A model generated the notes under the pieces. It saw only the letters and a list, made by a program, of their open reading frames with translations, had not been told where the DNA came from and did no database searches. From an uncultured Planctomycetaceae bacterium (GTDB taxonomy: Bacteria > Planctomycetota > Planctomycetia > Planctomycetales > Planctomycetaceae): a DNA stretch of 52,354 nucleotides. Position 1 is the first letter of the stretch. Every line of letters starts with the position of its first letter. The stretch lies in NCBI GenBank assembly GCA_964626885.1, contig CAZVJA010000010.1, forward strand, positions 1 through 52,354, given 5' to 3'. Below, one piece after another: positions 36,578-47,956 of the stretch. The translations under genes and the position numbers were made by a program.

Positions 36578-39166
36578 ATGGTCCAGCCCGGCAAACGCAA
36601 GCCGCGCCCCAGTGCGGTCATCAGCGGCATTGAACTTCTCGAAAAGCGCGATCTGCTGAGCGGAACGTCGCTTGCGCTCGATGAAGATTCTGACTTGCAC
36701 GGCCAATTCGACTACGACGGACTCGAGTTCCACGCCCTCGACCCGGTCGATGAATTCAGCACACTCGACCCCGTGGATGAAATTGCCTCCGCAGATGGTG
36801 CCGGTTCCAGCGATGGTTCTTCCGGCGGCCCGGTGGGAGCGCTCGTCGTCCCGGCGTATCACAGCAATCTTGGCGCTTCGGTTTCGGTCTATCTCGATTT
36901 CGACGGCCATTACGAGGCCAACTGGGGCTGGTTCACGAACATCACGACACCCGCATTCGATACCGACGGCAACAGTGCCTCGTTCAGCGCGGGAGAACTC
37001 ACGCAGATTTATGAAATCTGGCAGCGCGTCACGGAAGACTTCGCTCCGTTTAATGTCGATGTGACAACCGAGCTTCCCGCGAGCTTTGCGGACGGCGTGA
37101 GCTTGCGAGTGGCGATCGGCGGCTCGTCCGCGGATTGGTACGAGCCGCAAGGGGGCGGTCCGGCGGGTGGAGTGGCTTACGTCAACTCGTTCACCTCGAG
37201 TTCGATTCCTAACGTCGTCTACGTCTTTCCCAAAGAGCTGGCGAAGAACGCCAAATACATCGCCGAGGCCTCATCGCACGAAGCTGGGCATGGTTTCGGG
37301 CTCAATCACCAGAGCGCGTATAACTCCAGCGGACAGAAGACCTACGAGTACAATCCCGGATCGGGCAATTGGGGCCCGATCATGGGCAATTCGTATTACA
37401 CCTCAATTTCTACCTGGCACAACGGCACGACGACATCTTCGTCCACCTACCAGGATGACATGGCGGTCATCGCTCGACCTGCAAACGGTTTCGGGTATCG
37501 CGCGGACGATTACGGCAGCACGCTTGGAACAGCGAGTTCCCTCAACGTGGCCGCGGGAGCATTCAGCGCGACCGGCATCATCGCCCAGAATTCCGATGTC
37601 GACGTTTTCTCGTTCACGGCGGGGAGTGGAGCCGCGACCATTCAAATCAACGTCGCGTCGGTGGGTGCCAACCTGGATGCGGTCCTCGAAATCTATTCGT
37701 CGGACGGAACGCTCGTCGTCTCCGCGAACCCATCCAACTCCCAATCGGCGAGCGTTAGCACGACACTCGCGATGGGAACGTATTACGCCCTCGTCAAGTC
37801 CAACGGTTCCTATGGGCGCGTCGGGCAATACACACTGACCGGGACGGTGGGGACATCCACGAATGTTGCACCACTCGTCAACGCGGGAAGTGACTTAACG
37901 ATTGCTCTCAGCGATTCGGCCACGCTCAACGGAACGGTCTCGGACGACGGTATGCCAAGTTCCCCCGGCACGGTGACGACCACCTGGACCAAGATCAGCG
38001 GGCCAGGCACTGTCACCTTCGATGATGCGTCGGCTATCGACACCGACGTGAGCTTCAGCGTTGCAGGCACCTATGTGCTGCGCCTCACTGCAACCGATGG
38101 CGAACTGACGAGCAGTGACACCGTCACGGTCCTCGTGATGCAAGACGGGACAACAATCACGGTGGCAATGCAAGAGGGGGTCGATAGTTATTCTGGCATG
38201 ACCGACTCGACCATCCAGGGGAGCGCGAAGAATACGACGAAAAACTACGGCTCAAAATCCAGGCTTGATGCCGACGGAAACCCGGATAAAGCAGCCTTGC
38301 TCCGCTGGGATCTTTCGGGAATTCCCGGCGGCGTTACTGTCGAGTCGGTATCGATCACCATCCATGTGACCAACGGTTCAAAAAGCGTCTACGACATCTA
38401 CGGTGTTCTCGGCGGTTGGAACGAGAGTTCCGTCACCTGGGAGCAGGCGTCATCCGGCATCACCTGGGGTTCCCTGGGGGCGGAATTGGCGGGTGTCGAC
38501 CACAGCGCGGCTTCGTTTGGTACCGTCGCTTCCACAGGAAAGGGATACCTCACCTTCAATTTGAATGCGACCGGCATTGCAAAGGTGCAGCAGTGGCTTG
38601 ACACCCCCTCGTCGAATCACGGCTTGATCCTACAGAATTACAATGATGTAACGAGTGATGGACTGACGTTCGACTCCAGTGAAGCCAAGAAGACATATTA
38701 TCGACCGATGTTGTCGATCACCTACTCCGCCGCCGACAGCGGCGCATTGGGAGTCTCATCGTCACAACCGGTATTCACTGCCCCCTCCCCACAGGCTGCC
38801 AATCAATCGGCCATACCGAACTGGGTGAGCAGCCCGATCGGCGCACAACAGACACTCTCGCTGCGTAGTGAAATCAGCTCTCCATCGGCAACTGCCATGG
38901 GACAATCCACACCTCAACTTTCCACGTCCACCGCACGTGATGACATCGGGCAGCCTCGCGTTGAGGCTTCCGAACAGGGTTCGTCGGAGCTCACGCAGTT
39001 GGTAAGTGACCTCAGCGAAGCACTCGAACTCTCCGCGCACGGCGACGGGACGGATGATGCTTCGTTCTGGAATCTCGCTGACCGGGAGCAGCTCGATCAA
39101 TTTCTGAGCGCCCTCGACGAGTTTTACAACGCCGCCACTCTAAGCGGCGAACTGCTCGGCGTCTGA
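36578..39166 (+). CDS. large secreted zinc metalloprotease (HExxHxxGxxH zincin) with PPC and beta-sandwich domains
   Basis: N-terminal ELLEKRDLLSG motif. SSHEAGHGFGLNHQ. A PPC-like segment (DDYGSTLGTASSLNV...YYALVKSNG...YTLTGT). A DNRLRE-like region (SKSRLDADGNPDKAALLRWDL). 862 aa. Confidence 0.65.
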   Translation: MVQPGKRKPRPSAVISGIELLEKRDLLSGTSLALDEDSDLHGQFDYDGLEFHALDPVDEFSTLDPVDEIASADGAGSSDGSSGGPVGALVVPAYHSNLGASVSVYLDFDGHYEANWGWFTNITTPAFDTDGNSASFSAGELTQIYEIWQRVTEDFAPFNVDVTTELPASFADGVSLRVAIGGSSADWYEPQGGGPAGGVAYVNSFTSSSIPNVVYVFPKELAKNAKYIAEASSHEAGHGFGLNHQSAYNSSGQKTYEYNPGSGNWGPIMGNSYYTSISTWHNGTTTSSSTYQDDMAVIARPANGFGYRADDYGSTLGTASSLNVAAGAFSATGIIAQNSDVDVFSFTAGSGAATIQINVASVGANLDAVLEIYSSDGTLVVSANPSNSQSASVSTTLAMGTYYALVKSNGSYGRVGQYTLTGTVGTSTNVAPLVNAGSDLTIALSDSATLNGTVSDDGMPSSPGTVTTTWTKISGPGTVTFDDASAIDTDVSFSVAGTYVLRLTATDGELTSSDTVTVLVMQDGTTITVAMQEGVDSYSGMTDSTIQGSAKNTTKNYGSKSRLDADGNPDKAALLRWDLSGIPGGVTVESVSITIHVTNGSKSVYDIYGVLGGWNESSVTWEQASSGITWGSLGAELAGVDHSAASFGTVASTGKGYLTFNLNATGIAKVQQWLDTPSSNHGLILQNYNDVTSDGLTFDSSEAKKTYYRPMLSITYSAADSGALGVSSSQPVFTAPSPQAANQSAIPNWVSSPIGAQQTLSLRSEISSPSATAMGQSTPQLSTSTARDDIGQPRVEASEQGSSELTQLVSDLSEALELSAHGDGTDDASFWNLADREQLDQFLSALDEFYNAATLSGELLGV

Positions 39167-39195
39167 TCACTCTGCCACTTCGCGGGCGATCGCGG

Positions 39196-40545
39196 CTAAT
39201 TCGATCTGTTCGCCGCCTGCAGGTTCGACCGATCGAAGATTCCCGGCTTCGTCTCCTGCAGAATCTCAAGTACGGCCTGACGGTCTTCCGCCGTCAAACG
39301 CGCAAACTCAGGAGCGGTATCCGTCCCTCGCAAGATGTTATTCAGCCGCGTGAGCACATACTGCTTGACCGGCTGCGGCAGCGAATCGAACGCTTGTGAA
39401 TAGATCAGGTAACTGCACGGATACTTGAACAATCGGCGGTTCAGATCGAGGTCGCGGAGCGAGCGCCCTTTGCTGTCGCGCGCGCCGGATTGCGAGAACT
39501 CTTTTGCAAAGGTTGACACTCCGGCCACCGGCGAGGTCAACTCGAATTCCTCGGTAAGCAGCATGTATTTGAGCAGCCTGTCTCCCACCGTCGCGATTCT
39601 GCGGCCGGTGGAATCACTTTGAAAGTCGTCGGCACGCTTGAGCGCTTTGTTCATGATGCCGTCATAATGGATCGCGCTGCGTGTTTCATAATTGGCCAAG
39701 GTGATCAGGTTGTGCATCTGCGTCTGATGTTCCATGACCATCAACGCCACGAGGTCGCTCGTCGGCCGCAGATACGGATCGACGTTCACCAGCTTCGACA
39801 GATTGGTGACATTTGCTCCGTTATCGCGGTTCACGTTCTCGGGCATGCTCTTGTCGCGCGACACGATGTTTCCCAAGTGCCGCATCTCGCCATGAGTTCC
39901 CGAAACATACCAGCCTCCCCAGCGCTCCGAGAACGGGCTGCGATGGTCCGTGGTAAACGTTCCCGAGCCAAGCTGCGGTTGTCCGCCGGTGTCTGTGAAG
40001 ACGGATCGCACGAGATGCCCCGGCACCCCCTGGGTGCGGCTCGACGCATGACAGACAATGCATTGTCCTTTGTCGCGGACGAATACCGGCTTGTCGGTTT
40101 TCTGTTGTGACAATGTGTAGAAAACCGCCCCAAGTTGCGGATCGACCGCGGAAAGCTCGACAACATCTCCATCCTGCACCCAGCCAACGTAGGCGGAGTC
40201 ATTGAAGTACACCGCACGGGGCTGAGTCGGATCGATCCGCCGCAATTGAAAACTCGTCTTAGAGAAAACCAGCATCTGCGAGGCGGGAGAAACACCGAGA
40301 TGTTCCAGAACGGCGGGAAGGTAACCGTGCTCCTTGTCGTATGCGAGCTTGATCTCACCTGCATCCAGCTTTGTCTGTAATTGTGCCACAGGATCGTGGC
40401 TAGGGGCGTTCTGGTAATCGATCGGCTCCCGCTCGAACTCGATCTGCCCCTTGGCTGGTTGGGGCAAAGCAACCGTGGACAACACCGCAGCGAGCAGGAC
40501 GAAAAGACGACCGGTTGAACGCGGAGTTAGGGTAGGAAGTGCCAT
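39196..40545 (-). CDS. secreted protein with a single CxxCH heme-c motif
   Basis: Signal peptide. CIVCH motif at about aa 160. 449 aa. Confidence 0.4.
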   Translation of the reverse strand: MALPTLTPRSTGRLFVLLAAVLSTVALPQPAKGQIEFEREPIDYQNAPSHDPVAQLQTKLDAGEIKLAYDKEHGYLPAVLEHLGVSPASQMLVFSKTSFQLRRIDPTQPRAVYFNDSAYVGWVQDGDVVELSAVDPQLGAVFYTLSQQKTDKPVFVRDKGQCIVCHASSRTQGVPGHLVRSVFTDTGGQPQLGSGTFTTDHRSPFSERWGGWYVSGTHGEMRHLGNIVSRDKSMPENVNRDNGANVTNLSKLVNVDPYLRPTSDLVALMVMEHQTQMHNLITLANYETRSAIHYDGIMNKALKRADDFQSDSTGRRIATVGDRLLKYMLLTEEFELTSPVAGVSTFAKEFSQSGARDSKGRSLRDLDLNRRLFKYPCSYLIYSQAFDSLPQPVKQYVLTRLNNILRGTDTAPEFARLTAEDRQAVLEILQETKPGIFDRSNLQAANRSN

Positions 40546-40779
40546 CCGATCACCGTTCAGGTAGGTTCAAAAACTTCGCGACAAAGTTTTTTGTGGCGGG
40601 AATAATCCGATTGCAACATTGGCAGAATTCCCCCTGGTAAGCCCGGGGAATCCGGTCGCGGTCCATCAATTTAATGTACCGAAAGCTAAAGTGGATATCA
40701 ATATCCAAATTAGGCGGGCCTCGCCACACTTGGAGGTTTTTCTGAAGCTCCCAACTGCAATCACGGCAACAAGATAGTA

Positions 40780-42084
40780 CTAGTGGGGGCTGCCGAACTC
40801 CCTTCCCGAGCGGCGAGGGCTTTCCCACTTGCGGCTGGTTGAGAAGACTTTCGTTTCGTAGGCCTGCATCCGCGTGAGGAACTCGCCTCGATCGACCGTC
40901 GAACTTTCGTCGCCGTACAGCAGGTGCAACTCCCGGCCGTTGAGTGCCTCCAACCCCGTAACCTCGACCCCCAGGTGACGTGCATCGTCCTCATTGACAA
41001 GCACGAGCAGCCAATCGTCGCCGGATTGACGGAGGGTCATTGTCACTCCCCGTTTGGTCTTACGATCGAGGTCTCCCTCGATCAGATGAATCCGCGGGCC
41101 ATCCACGTTTGGTGCAACAAGAAACGGCTGCAGCGCCGCCAGCTCGGAGGTGATCGCGAAGATCGACGGCAGAAAATCGGGCCGATCGATCGCATGCGAC
41201 CCCCAATAGAAGATCCCCCGAGCGCCGTGGACGATTGACACCCAGGCCATGAAGCGGGTCTCGTCGAACGTGGGATAGGCCTCATCCTTGTACTTCTCCG
41301 GATTCCCTTTGTGCCAAGAGAAGGCTTGCAGCACCATCCAAACCGGCTTTCCCCGGCCGGTCATTCGCCAGCGGTCGGTGATCTTGGCCAGGGAGACAAT
41401 ATCGCGGGTCGCGGCTTTCACCGGGTAATAGTCGCAGCCAGTGACGTCGATGACGTCCATGTAGCCGCGCACGTAAATGACGTCGCTTTCTGCCGCTTCA
41501 TTGATCCAGAAGGGACGATTGTGCCCGTCGAGCTCGCGCACGAGTTTGATCGCCTCACGCATTTGAGGAAGGATTTTCGCTGCCTCGCGCCGTGCGTACT
41601 CAACTGCCTTCGGTTTCTGGTTCCACCAATCTTCGCGCGTGAATCCGGCGATTTTCTCCAAGGCACTGTAAGCAGTGAAATTCCAGATGACTTCATCCGG
41701 CCCTTCCCAGACGGCGAGCGCCGGATGATCTCGCAGCTCCAGAATCTGCTTTCGGAGCGCTTCGGTTGGTCCTCCCTGTACCGAGAGCGATACCCAGCCG
41801 TGCAATTTCGCGGCCCCCACGCGATCGAGATCCGCCCGATTACCGCAATGAACGACATTCACTCCCGATTCGGCCAGCGCCCGGAACTCGGCATCATCAT
41901 TCGGGAGCCCATAGAAGCCGATGGGAAACAGCGTGCCCTGCTCGGTATGCAGAAATCCGTCCTGCTCGGCGGACCGTGCGACGTCAGCATAAAACCCAAT
42001 GCCGCAGAACAGGCAACAGAACACGATCACTCGCCGACCGACCCGAATCAACACGGAAGACAGGAACGTCGAAAACAGTTGCAC
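40780..42084 (-). CDS. hypothetical secreted/membrane-anchored protein, possibly a TIM-barrel glycoside-hydrolase-like
   Basis: N-terminal hydrophobic segment. No decisive motif. 434 aa. Confidence 0.35.
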   Translation of the reverse strand: MQLFSTFLSSVLIRVGRRVIVFCCLFCGIGFYADVARSAEQDGFLHTEQGTLFPIGFYGLPNDDAEFRALAESGVNVVHCGNRADLDRVGAAKLHGWVSLSVQGGPTEALRKQILELRDHPALAVWEGPDEVIWNFTAYSALEKIAGFTREDWWNQKPKAVEYARREAAKILPQMREAIKLVRELDGHNRPFWINEAAESDVIYVRGYMDVIDVTGCDYYPVKAATRDIVSLAKITDRWRMTGRGKPVWMVLQAFSWHKGNPEKYKDEAYPTFDETRFMAWVSIVHGARGIFYWGSHAIDRPDFLPSIFAITSELAALQPFLVAPNVDGPRIHLIEGDLDRKTKRGVTMTLRQSGDDWLLVLVNEDDARHLGVEVTGLEALNGRELHLLYGDESSTVDRGEFLTRMQAYETKVFSTSRKWESPRRSGREFGSPH

Positions 42085-42109
42085 CAGACCGCCCCTTTTC
42101 GTTTTGTAT

Positions 42110-43990
42110 TTACTTTATTTCCAAAATCTGCCACTGGCCGGGAGCCGAGGGAACAGGCAGTTCCTTGCCGTCAATTTTCAGGACTGCGGCAGCGTGCTCG
42201 CTGCTAAAGTCGGTCCGCCGCGCCAACACGCGATTTCCCAACCGAACGCCGGACACAATTGCCCCCTGTTCCCGAGGGACGTCAAACGAGACCGGTTCGC
42301 CGCGCTCCAGAAATTCCCGATGCTCGAGCGATTTCGCGTAGACCTCGTGAACGAGCCGAACTTCCTCGGGCAGTTCCTTCTGCTGGCACCACAAAAAGAA
42401 GGCGTCGTGCCCACGCAGTAGCATGTGACAGAGGAGTTCCTGGTATTTCTCCGCGCTGAACTGTTTCACGCGCGGGTCGAGTTGCTCCGGCGGTGCGGTG
42501 GTCGTCCAATGCACGAAGCTGATGATGGGAACTTTCGCGGGGGTGTGCTGCCCGGCGTTCGACGCCACCAGTAGCATGTTGTAGAACCAGCGGTAGTCGG
42601 TGTCGGCGAAATCGTACCAGTCGAAGATCGGATACCACGTATACACAACCGGCATCGCGAATGTGTAGCCGGTCCGCTCGAACTCCGGGAACCAGTCCCG
42701 GTAGCGGGCTTTCTGATCGGCTTTGACCGGCATGCCGTCCGTCGGCGGCGTTTCAAAGTAGTCGTACCAGTAGCGATAACCGTCGTGCGGATAGACGGCG
42801 TAATTACCGACGAGTGCCCGTGGAAAATATCGCGTGACATTGTCGCCAAACGCCGATCTCTGCATCTCGCTGCGGATCAGACGGAGTTCCTTCTGGAATG
42901 AACGGAAATCGTCGATCCGTGGAAGATGTTCACGGCAGCGTCGGCAGCGCTTTGAAGCGGCCCACGCCCCGTTCCATTCGATCGGCCCGTCGATCTCCCA
43001 ATCCGCGAAAGCAAAATCGACCGCAATCTTCCGCTCGGAGTAATTCCGCAGGAAGTACTCGACCTGCTCCTTCATGATCGGAAATCGATATTGCACGCTG
43101 AAGGGGCAACCCATCTTCGCGCCGGGAGAAAATGAGTCGTCGAAGAACGGCTGACCACCAACGTCGATGTGCGCTGTTCGCTCTTCGCCGTTGAAGAAGC
43201 CCTGCAGACAGGAGGTCGCGTTGACGTTGACCCCCAACCCGAGCTTCTGTTGCAGCCCACCGACGCGCAATCCTTCGGCGAGCGAATCGGCCTTGTTTCC
43301 GTAGCTCCACTCCACCGAGATCGCGATGCCGCGTTCTTCGAGCAGCCGAAGCACCTGTTCGCTGCGCGCGTCGCTGAGCCCCTTGAGTCCGTTTGAGATC
43401 GGTAGAATGTAGAAAGGCAGCCGTCCGCCGCGCGGATGCGTCAGGGGTGCGGTGTTTGCCAGTACAACACGCAGGTTCTCCGGGAGGTCGCGCAAATCCG
43501 CGGTTACCGACTGAGTTGCGGGGGATCCCTCTGCAGCATGACTTTGTGAATCCGAGGTTCTGAGAAAAACGACGATCACAACCGCGAACAGATGCCCGGA
43601 AAGGGCAAGAGCCCGCGTGGATGCAAATCGCCGCATTAGAGAAGCTCCCGTACGCTGATTCACCCTGGAGATGGCCCCAGCGTACAGCACATCTTGCGTC
43701 GAGTGCAAATCCCGGCACGGTTGGCTTGCAGCCGGGGCAGTTGGTTCGATCCCGGCGATCCCATCGTCATATCCGCTACAACCGGGTGGTAAGTCGGGCA
43801 GTTGCCCTGTCGCGGCGGATTCTCCCCGGATAGAACGGTCCATCCCCCGCAGTGACCTAAGTTTTCCTGTGGTTCTCGTGGAGAAAGCAGATTCCCTGCG
43901 ATCTCCGCACGATGACGGTGATGATAATTGCGGGAGTCCCGAACTTTTCGCCGTCGTGGCACGTCCCGCCGGCTGTTTTTCCCACAGCAT
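42110..43990 (-). CDS. hypothetical secreted protein
   Basis: 626 aa with a hydrophobic signal-like region (LALSGHLFAVVIVVFL). Function unknown. Confidence 0.35.
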   Translation of the reverse strand: MLWEKQPAGRATTAKSSGLPQLSSPSSCGDRRESAFSTRTTGKLRSLRGMDRSIRGESAATGQLPDLPPGCSGYDDGIAGIEPTAPAASQPCRDLHSTQDVLYAGAISRVNQRTGASLMRRFASTRALALSGHLFAVVIVVFLRTSDSQSHAAEGSPATQSVTADLRDLPENLRVVLANTAPLTHPRGGRLPFYILPISNGLKGLSDARSEQVLRLLEERGIAISVEWSYGNKADSLAEGLRVGGLQQKLGLGVNVNATSCLQGFFNGEERTAHIDVGGQPFFDDSFSPGAKMGCPFSVQYRFPIMKEQVEYFLRNYSERKIAVDFAFADWEIDGPIEWNGAWAASKRCRRCREHLPRIDDFRSFQKELRLIRSEMQRSAFGDNVTRYFPRALVGNYAVYPHDGYRYWYDYFETPPTDGMPVKADQKARYRDWFPEFERTGYTFAMPVVYTWYPIFDWYDFADTDYRWFYNMLLVASNAGQHTPAKVPIISFVHWTTTAPPEQLDPRVKQFSAEKYQELLCHMLLRGHDAFFLWCQQKELPEEVRLVHEVYAKSLEHREFLERGEPVSFDVPREQGAIVSGVRLGNRVLARRTDFSSEHAAAVLKIDGKELPVPSAPGQWQILEIK

Positions 43991-45185
43991 GTTTTTACAC
44001 GAGAAAATTTCGGAACGACTGATGTCGATGGACTCGCGGAACCGAGTTGTAACACTTGAAGCGTCGCTGGAAACCGAGCCGAACGTCCCGGTGCAGCCCG
44101 CGGCCGAACCATACGAGATTGACGCTCTCCAGGTCGTTCAAGACATGCGACAATCATCGACTGCCGGCACTCGCCGAGTTCCCGATATCGGGCTCGAATG
44201 TGGTGTCGATTGGGTTCCACAAAACGAACGAATTCCGACACTGGTCCCTGCTTGTCCCGTCTGTCGCGGTCGTGAAGCAATGCCGACATTCGCGATCGAG
44301 GGGCTCGACTATCGGCTTGTCACCTGCACGGTTTGCGGGCTCGGCCGCTTGAATCCGCTGCCCGATCCGGAGACGATCCGCAGCTTTTATCCGCCGGAAT
44401 ATTATGGAGTCACCGGCGCAAAGTTCGTGCCGATGGTCGAAAAGCTCATCAGAATCGTCGGCGCGCGGCAAGCACGGGCAATTACGCATGGACTTGTTCC
44501 GGGCAGCCGCGTGCTCGACATCGGCTGCGGGCGTGGGGTGTTGCTCAGTTCGCTTGCCGATCGCGGTTTTGAAGCGCATGGGTTTGAGATCAGCGAAACA
44601 GCTGCTGCCGGGGCCGACCCGCGGGCGCACATTCGAGTGGCATCCAGCCTGCACGAAGCTGGCTATCGCACCCGATTCTTCGATGCAGTCGTCTTATGGC
44701 ACGTGCTGGAGCATCTTCCCGACCCACGCGAAACGCTGACTGAGATTCGTCGCATCATGCGGCGCGGTGGACGCCTCGCGGTCGCGGTGCCGAACTTTTC
44801 GAGTGTTCAGGCACGATGGTCCGGGCCGGCTTGGTTTCATCTCGATCTACCGCGCCACTTGTACCATTTTCCGAAAGAAGCCCTCGGCCGGTTGCTCAGC
44901 GAATGCGGTTTTGAGTGCGCCAGCGAACATCACTTCTCGCTGCGGCAGAATCCGTTCGGGTGGGTGCAGAGCGCGCTCAACCGGTCGCCCGAACTTCCGA
45001 GAAACGGGCTCTATACGTTGCTGAAACAACGAGGCGGCGAACGGGAATTGCCATTCGATGCCGTCACTCGCTCCCGCCTGCGAATGGCATACATGCTGGG
45101 AATGCCGGTGGCGCTTGCGGCCAGTATCGTCGAGTCGCTGTTCCGCAGCGGGGCTTCGGTCTGCATGATGGCTGTGGCCCGCTAG
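43989..45185 (+). CDS. class I SAM-dependent methyltransferase with N-terminal Cys4 zinc-ribbon
   Basis: CPVCRG...CTVCG zinc ribbon. Motif I VLDIGCGRGVL. FDAVVLWHVLEHLPDP. Start placed at ATG 43989. The ORF is open from 43671, but that extension overlaps the convergent upstream gene. Confidence 0.7.
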   Translation: MFLHEKISERLMSMDSRNRVVTLEASLETEPNVPVQPAAEPYEIDALQVVQDMRQSSTAGTRRVPDIGLECGVDWVPQNERIPTLVPACPVCRGREAMPTFAIEGLDYRLVTCTVCGLGRLNPLPDPETIRSFYPPEYYGVTGAKFVPMVEKLIRIVGARQARAITHGLVPGSRVLDIGCGRGVLLSSLADRGFEAHGFEISETAAAGADPRAHIRVASSLHEAGYRTRFFDAVVLWHVLEHLPDPRETLTEIRRIMRRGGRLAVAVPNFSSVQARWSGPAWFHLDLPRHLYHFPKEALGRLLSECGFECASEHHFSLRQNPFGWVQSALNRSPELPRNGLYTLLKQRGGERELPFDAVTRSRLRMAYMLGMPVALAASIVESLFRSGASVCMMAVAR

Positions 45186-45396
45186 AGTCGAGCCGACGAA
45201 TCGCCGATTCTCCTCGGAACCGACGTTCTTCCTATCCCCCGAACTTCGTCGCTGGTGTCGGGTTGGTTCTTGCCCGGTCAACCGCTCACTGCGAACAGAT
45301 GCTCTTACGGATTGACGTGGTCCCCCTCGAAACGGAGAATTCTCACGGCGGCAGGACGCCCAGGTAAGCCGATTCGAAATCGCAAAAGGAATCGAC

Positions 45397-47145
45397 ATGG
45401 CAGCACGTAAGACATCGAGGAGCAAACGCCCGACGTCCCGTTCAGGCTCCAACGGCCCGCGGAGAAGATCCGCAACGCAGGTCCGCGCCTCGCGAGCCGG
45501 GAAGAAAAACGGGAAACCGCAGACGATCGGCAACTACCTGATCGAACGGTTGATAGACTACGGCCTGAAGGACATCTTCGGCATCCCCGGCGATTTCGTG
45601 CTGCAGTTCTACGGAATGCTCGAAGAGAGTCCGATTCGCGTCATCGGTACGACGCGCGAAGACTGCGCCGGTTACGCCGCGGACGGCTATGCCCGCGTGC
45701 ACGGCCTGGGGGCGGTCTGTGTGACCTATTGCGTCGGAGGTCTGAGCCTGTGTAACTCCATCGCCGGTGCCTACGCTGAAAAATCTCCGGTTATCGTCAT
45801 CAGCGGCGCGCCTGGTATGGAAGAGCGGCGGGCCGATCCGTTGCTCCACCACCGTGTGCGAGATTTCAACACGCAACGGGAAGTGTTCGAGAAAATCACG
45901 GTCGCGTCCGCTTCGCTGGATGATCCGTTGACTGCGTTCCGGGAGATCGATCGCTGCCTGGAGGCTGCTGTGCGATACAAGCGGCCTGTCTACCTGGAAC
46001 TACCGCGCGACCGGGTGCATACCCCTTCGGTCTACCCCTACTCGCCCCCTCAGGAAGCCCCTAAGAGCGACAAGCAGGCCCTCCGCGAGTCGATCGCGGA
46101 TGCCGTGGAACTAATCAGCCGCTGCAAGAAGCCTGTGATCATTGCCGGGGTGGAGATTCACCGCTTCAGCCTGAGGCAGGAAGTATTGAAGCTGGCGGAA
46201 AAGCACCAGATCCCGATGTGTGCAACATTGCTGGGAAAATCGGTCGTCAGCGAAAAACACCCGTTGTACCTGGGAGTTTACGAAGGGGCCATGGGACGCG
46301 AATCGGTCCGGAAGTACGTCGAGGAAAGCGATTGCGTGCTGCTCTTGGGCACCTTCATGACCGACATCAACCTCGGCATCTACACAGCCCATCTCGATCC
46401 CGGCAAGTGCATCTACGTTACCAGCGAAAAACTGCGGATTCAGAACCACCACTTCCACGACGTGCTGCTGTCTGACTTTGTAAGAGGGCTTGCAAGGGCG
46501 GAATTCAAAGCCCCGGTCCGTCCTCTGCTTCCGCCGAAATCCGCTGTGGAGGAGAAATTTGAACCACGAGCGGATGAACCCGTCACCATCAAACGTCTCT
46601 TCATGCGCATCAACGAGATGTTGGGCGAAAACATGGTGGTCGTCGCCGATGTCGGGGATTCGCTCTTTGCCGCATCGGATCTGACGATTTACAAGCACAC
46701 CGAATTCGTGGCGCCGGCCTATTACACGTCGATGGGCTTCGCCATCCCCGCGGCGGTGGGAGTGCAGGTGGCCAATGCCAAGCTGCGGCCGCTTGTCCTC
46801 GTGGGTGACGGAGCCTTCCAGATGACCTGCCTGGAGTTATCCACGGCCGTCAAGCACGGCTTCAATCCGATCGTGCTCGTGCTCAATAACAAAGGCTACA
46901 CCACCGAGCGATTCCTGCAGGAGGGGCCGTTCAACGATATCCCGAACTGGAACTACCACCGACTGCCGGATCTAGTCGGCGGCGGCTGGGGATTTGAAGT
47001 CCACACCGAGGCCGACCTCGATCAGGCTCTCAATGCGGCCATCGCGAATCAGGAAACATTCAGCCTGCTGAACATTCATCTCGACCCCCACGACACGAGC
47101 CCCGCTCTCGAACGACTGGCGAAACGCCTCTCAAAACGGCTGTGA
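45397..47145 (+). CDS. thiamine-diphosphate-dependent 2-keto acid decarboxylase (indolepyruvate/pyruvate decarboxylase family)
   Basis: N-terminal PYR domain ([11 protein letters not shown]). TPP-binding GDGAFQMT...NNKGYTTE. Basic N-terminal extension of about 45 aa. Confidence 0.8.
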   Translation: MAARKTSRSKRPTSRSGSNGPRRRSATQVRASRAGKKNGKPQTIGNYLIERLIDYGLKDIFGIPGDFVLQFYGMLEESPIRVIGTTREDCAGYAADGYARVHGLGAVCVTYCVGGLSLCNSIAGAYAEKSPVIVISGAPGMEERRADPLLHHRVRDFNTQREVFEKITVASASLDDPLTAFREIDRCLEAAVRYKRPVYLELPRDRVHTPSVYPYSPPQEAPKSDKQALRESIADAVELISRCKKPVIIAGVEIHRFSLRQEVLKLAEKHQIPMCATLLGKSVVSEKHPLYLGVYEGAMGRESVRKYVEESDCVLLLGTFMTDINLGIYTAHLDPGKCIYVTSEKLRIQNHHFHDVLLSDFVRGLARAEFKAPVRPLLPPKSAVEEKFEPRADEPVTIKRLFMRINEMLGENMVVVADVGDSLFAASDLTIYKHTEFVAPAYYTSMGFAIPAAVGVQVANAKLRPLVLVGDGAFQMTCLELSTAVKHGFNPIVLVLNNKGYTTERFLQEGPFNDIPNWNYHRLPDLVGGGWGFEVHTEADLDQALNAAIANQETFSLLNIHLDPHDTSPALERLAKRLSKRL

Positions 47146-47188
47146 GGTTCGTCAGGTTTGCAAACCGTGATGAATCAAACAGGAACGG

Positions 47189-47956
47189 TCAACGCCCCAC
47201 TTGATGGAGTTGCTTGACGACTCCGTCGAGAAAGTCCGCGAGCCTTTCGGCGGCGTTGTGGGCTGCTTCGCGCATCTTCCACATTTCCTTGACGCTGCCA
47301 GGGCGTTTCCACGCCGCTCCGAGCGCCGCACCAAATCGCACCGTTCCTGTCGAGCCGACGAGCGACAGGATCTCCGGCGGCAAATCGGCTGAAAGGTCAT
47401 CGGTGATGACACGGACCGCCAGAAAGCGGATGTTTCTTTCCCGGCAAACCTGTGCGACCGCGAGACTCTCCATATCGACCGCGATGGCCGAATACTGGTC
47501 GGCGAGTATCTTCTTCTCGTCGACATGCCGCACCATATTGTCAGCCGTGAGAATCCGCCCCACATGTAAACCCGACTTGGGCTCGGCCGGAAGTTTGAGG
47601 TCGATCGTCAGTTCCTGGCCGTGTGTGTCGACGATGGAATTCGCCATCACGATGTCGCCGAGCTTTACCTCCGGAACTAGCGCACCAGAGAACCCACAGG
47701 ACAACACCCACGGCGGCGAATGCGCGTCGAGCACGGCTTGAGTAGCACGCCGCGCTCGAGAGAATCCCATACCGGCCTGCGCGACGACGATGCGAATGTT
47801 GTCGTACCTTCCGCCGCGAAAGACAAAATCCTCCCCGGTATATTTGCGAACACGGTCACAGCGGTCGAGAAAGGCTCCCAGCTCCAGCGGCAAAGCGCAG
47901 ACGATGCCGATGTCGGCATGCGCGGTGTCGGTGTTACCGGGGGGGCCCTCAGCCAT
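47189..47956 (-). CDS. purine nucleoside phosphorylase / MTA-SAH nucleosidase family protein
   Basis: PNP_UDP_1-like [14 protein letters not shown]...[13 protein letters not shown]. Start placed at the internal ATG to limit overlap with serC. Confidence 0.6.
   Translation of the reverse strand: MAEGPPGNTDTAHADIGIVCALPLELGAFLDRCDRVRKYTGEDFVFRGGRYDNIRIVVAQAGMGFSRARRATQAVLDAHSPPWVLSCGFSGALVPEVKLGDIVMANSIVDTHGQELTIDLKLPAEPKSGLHVGRILTADNMVRHVDEKKILADQYSAIAVDMESLAVAQVCRERNIRFLAVRVITDDLSADLPPEILSLVGSTGTVRFGAALGAAWKRPGSVKEMWKMREAAHNAAERLADFLDGVVKQLHQVGR

Noticed and set aside
41311-42207. 298-aa plus-strand ORF
   Set aside because: Antisense to the 434-aa minus-strand gene. Low-complexity.
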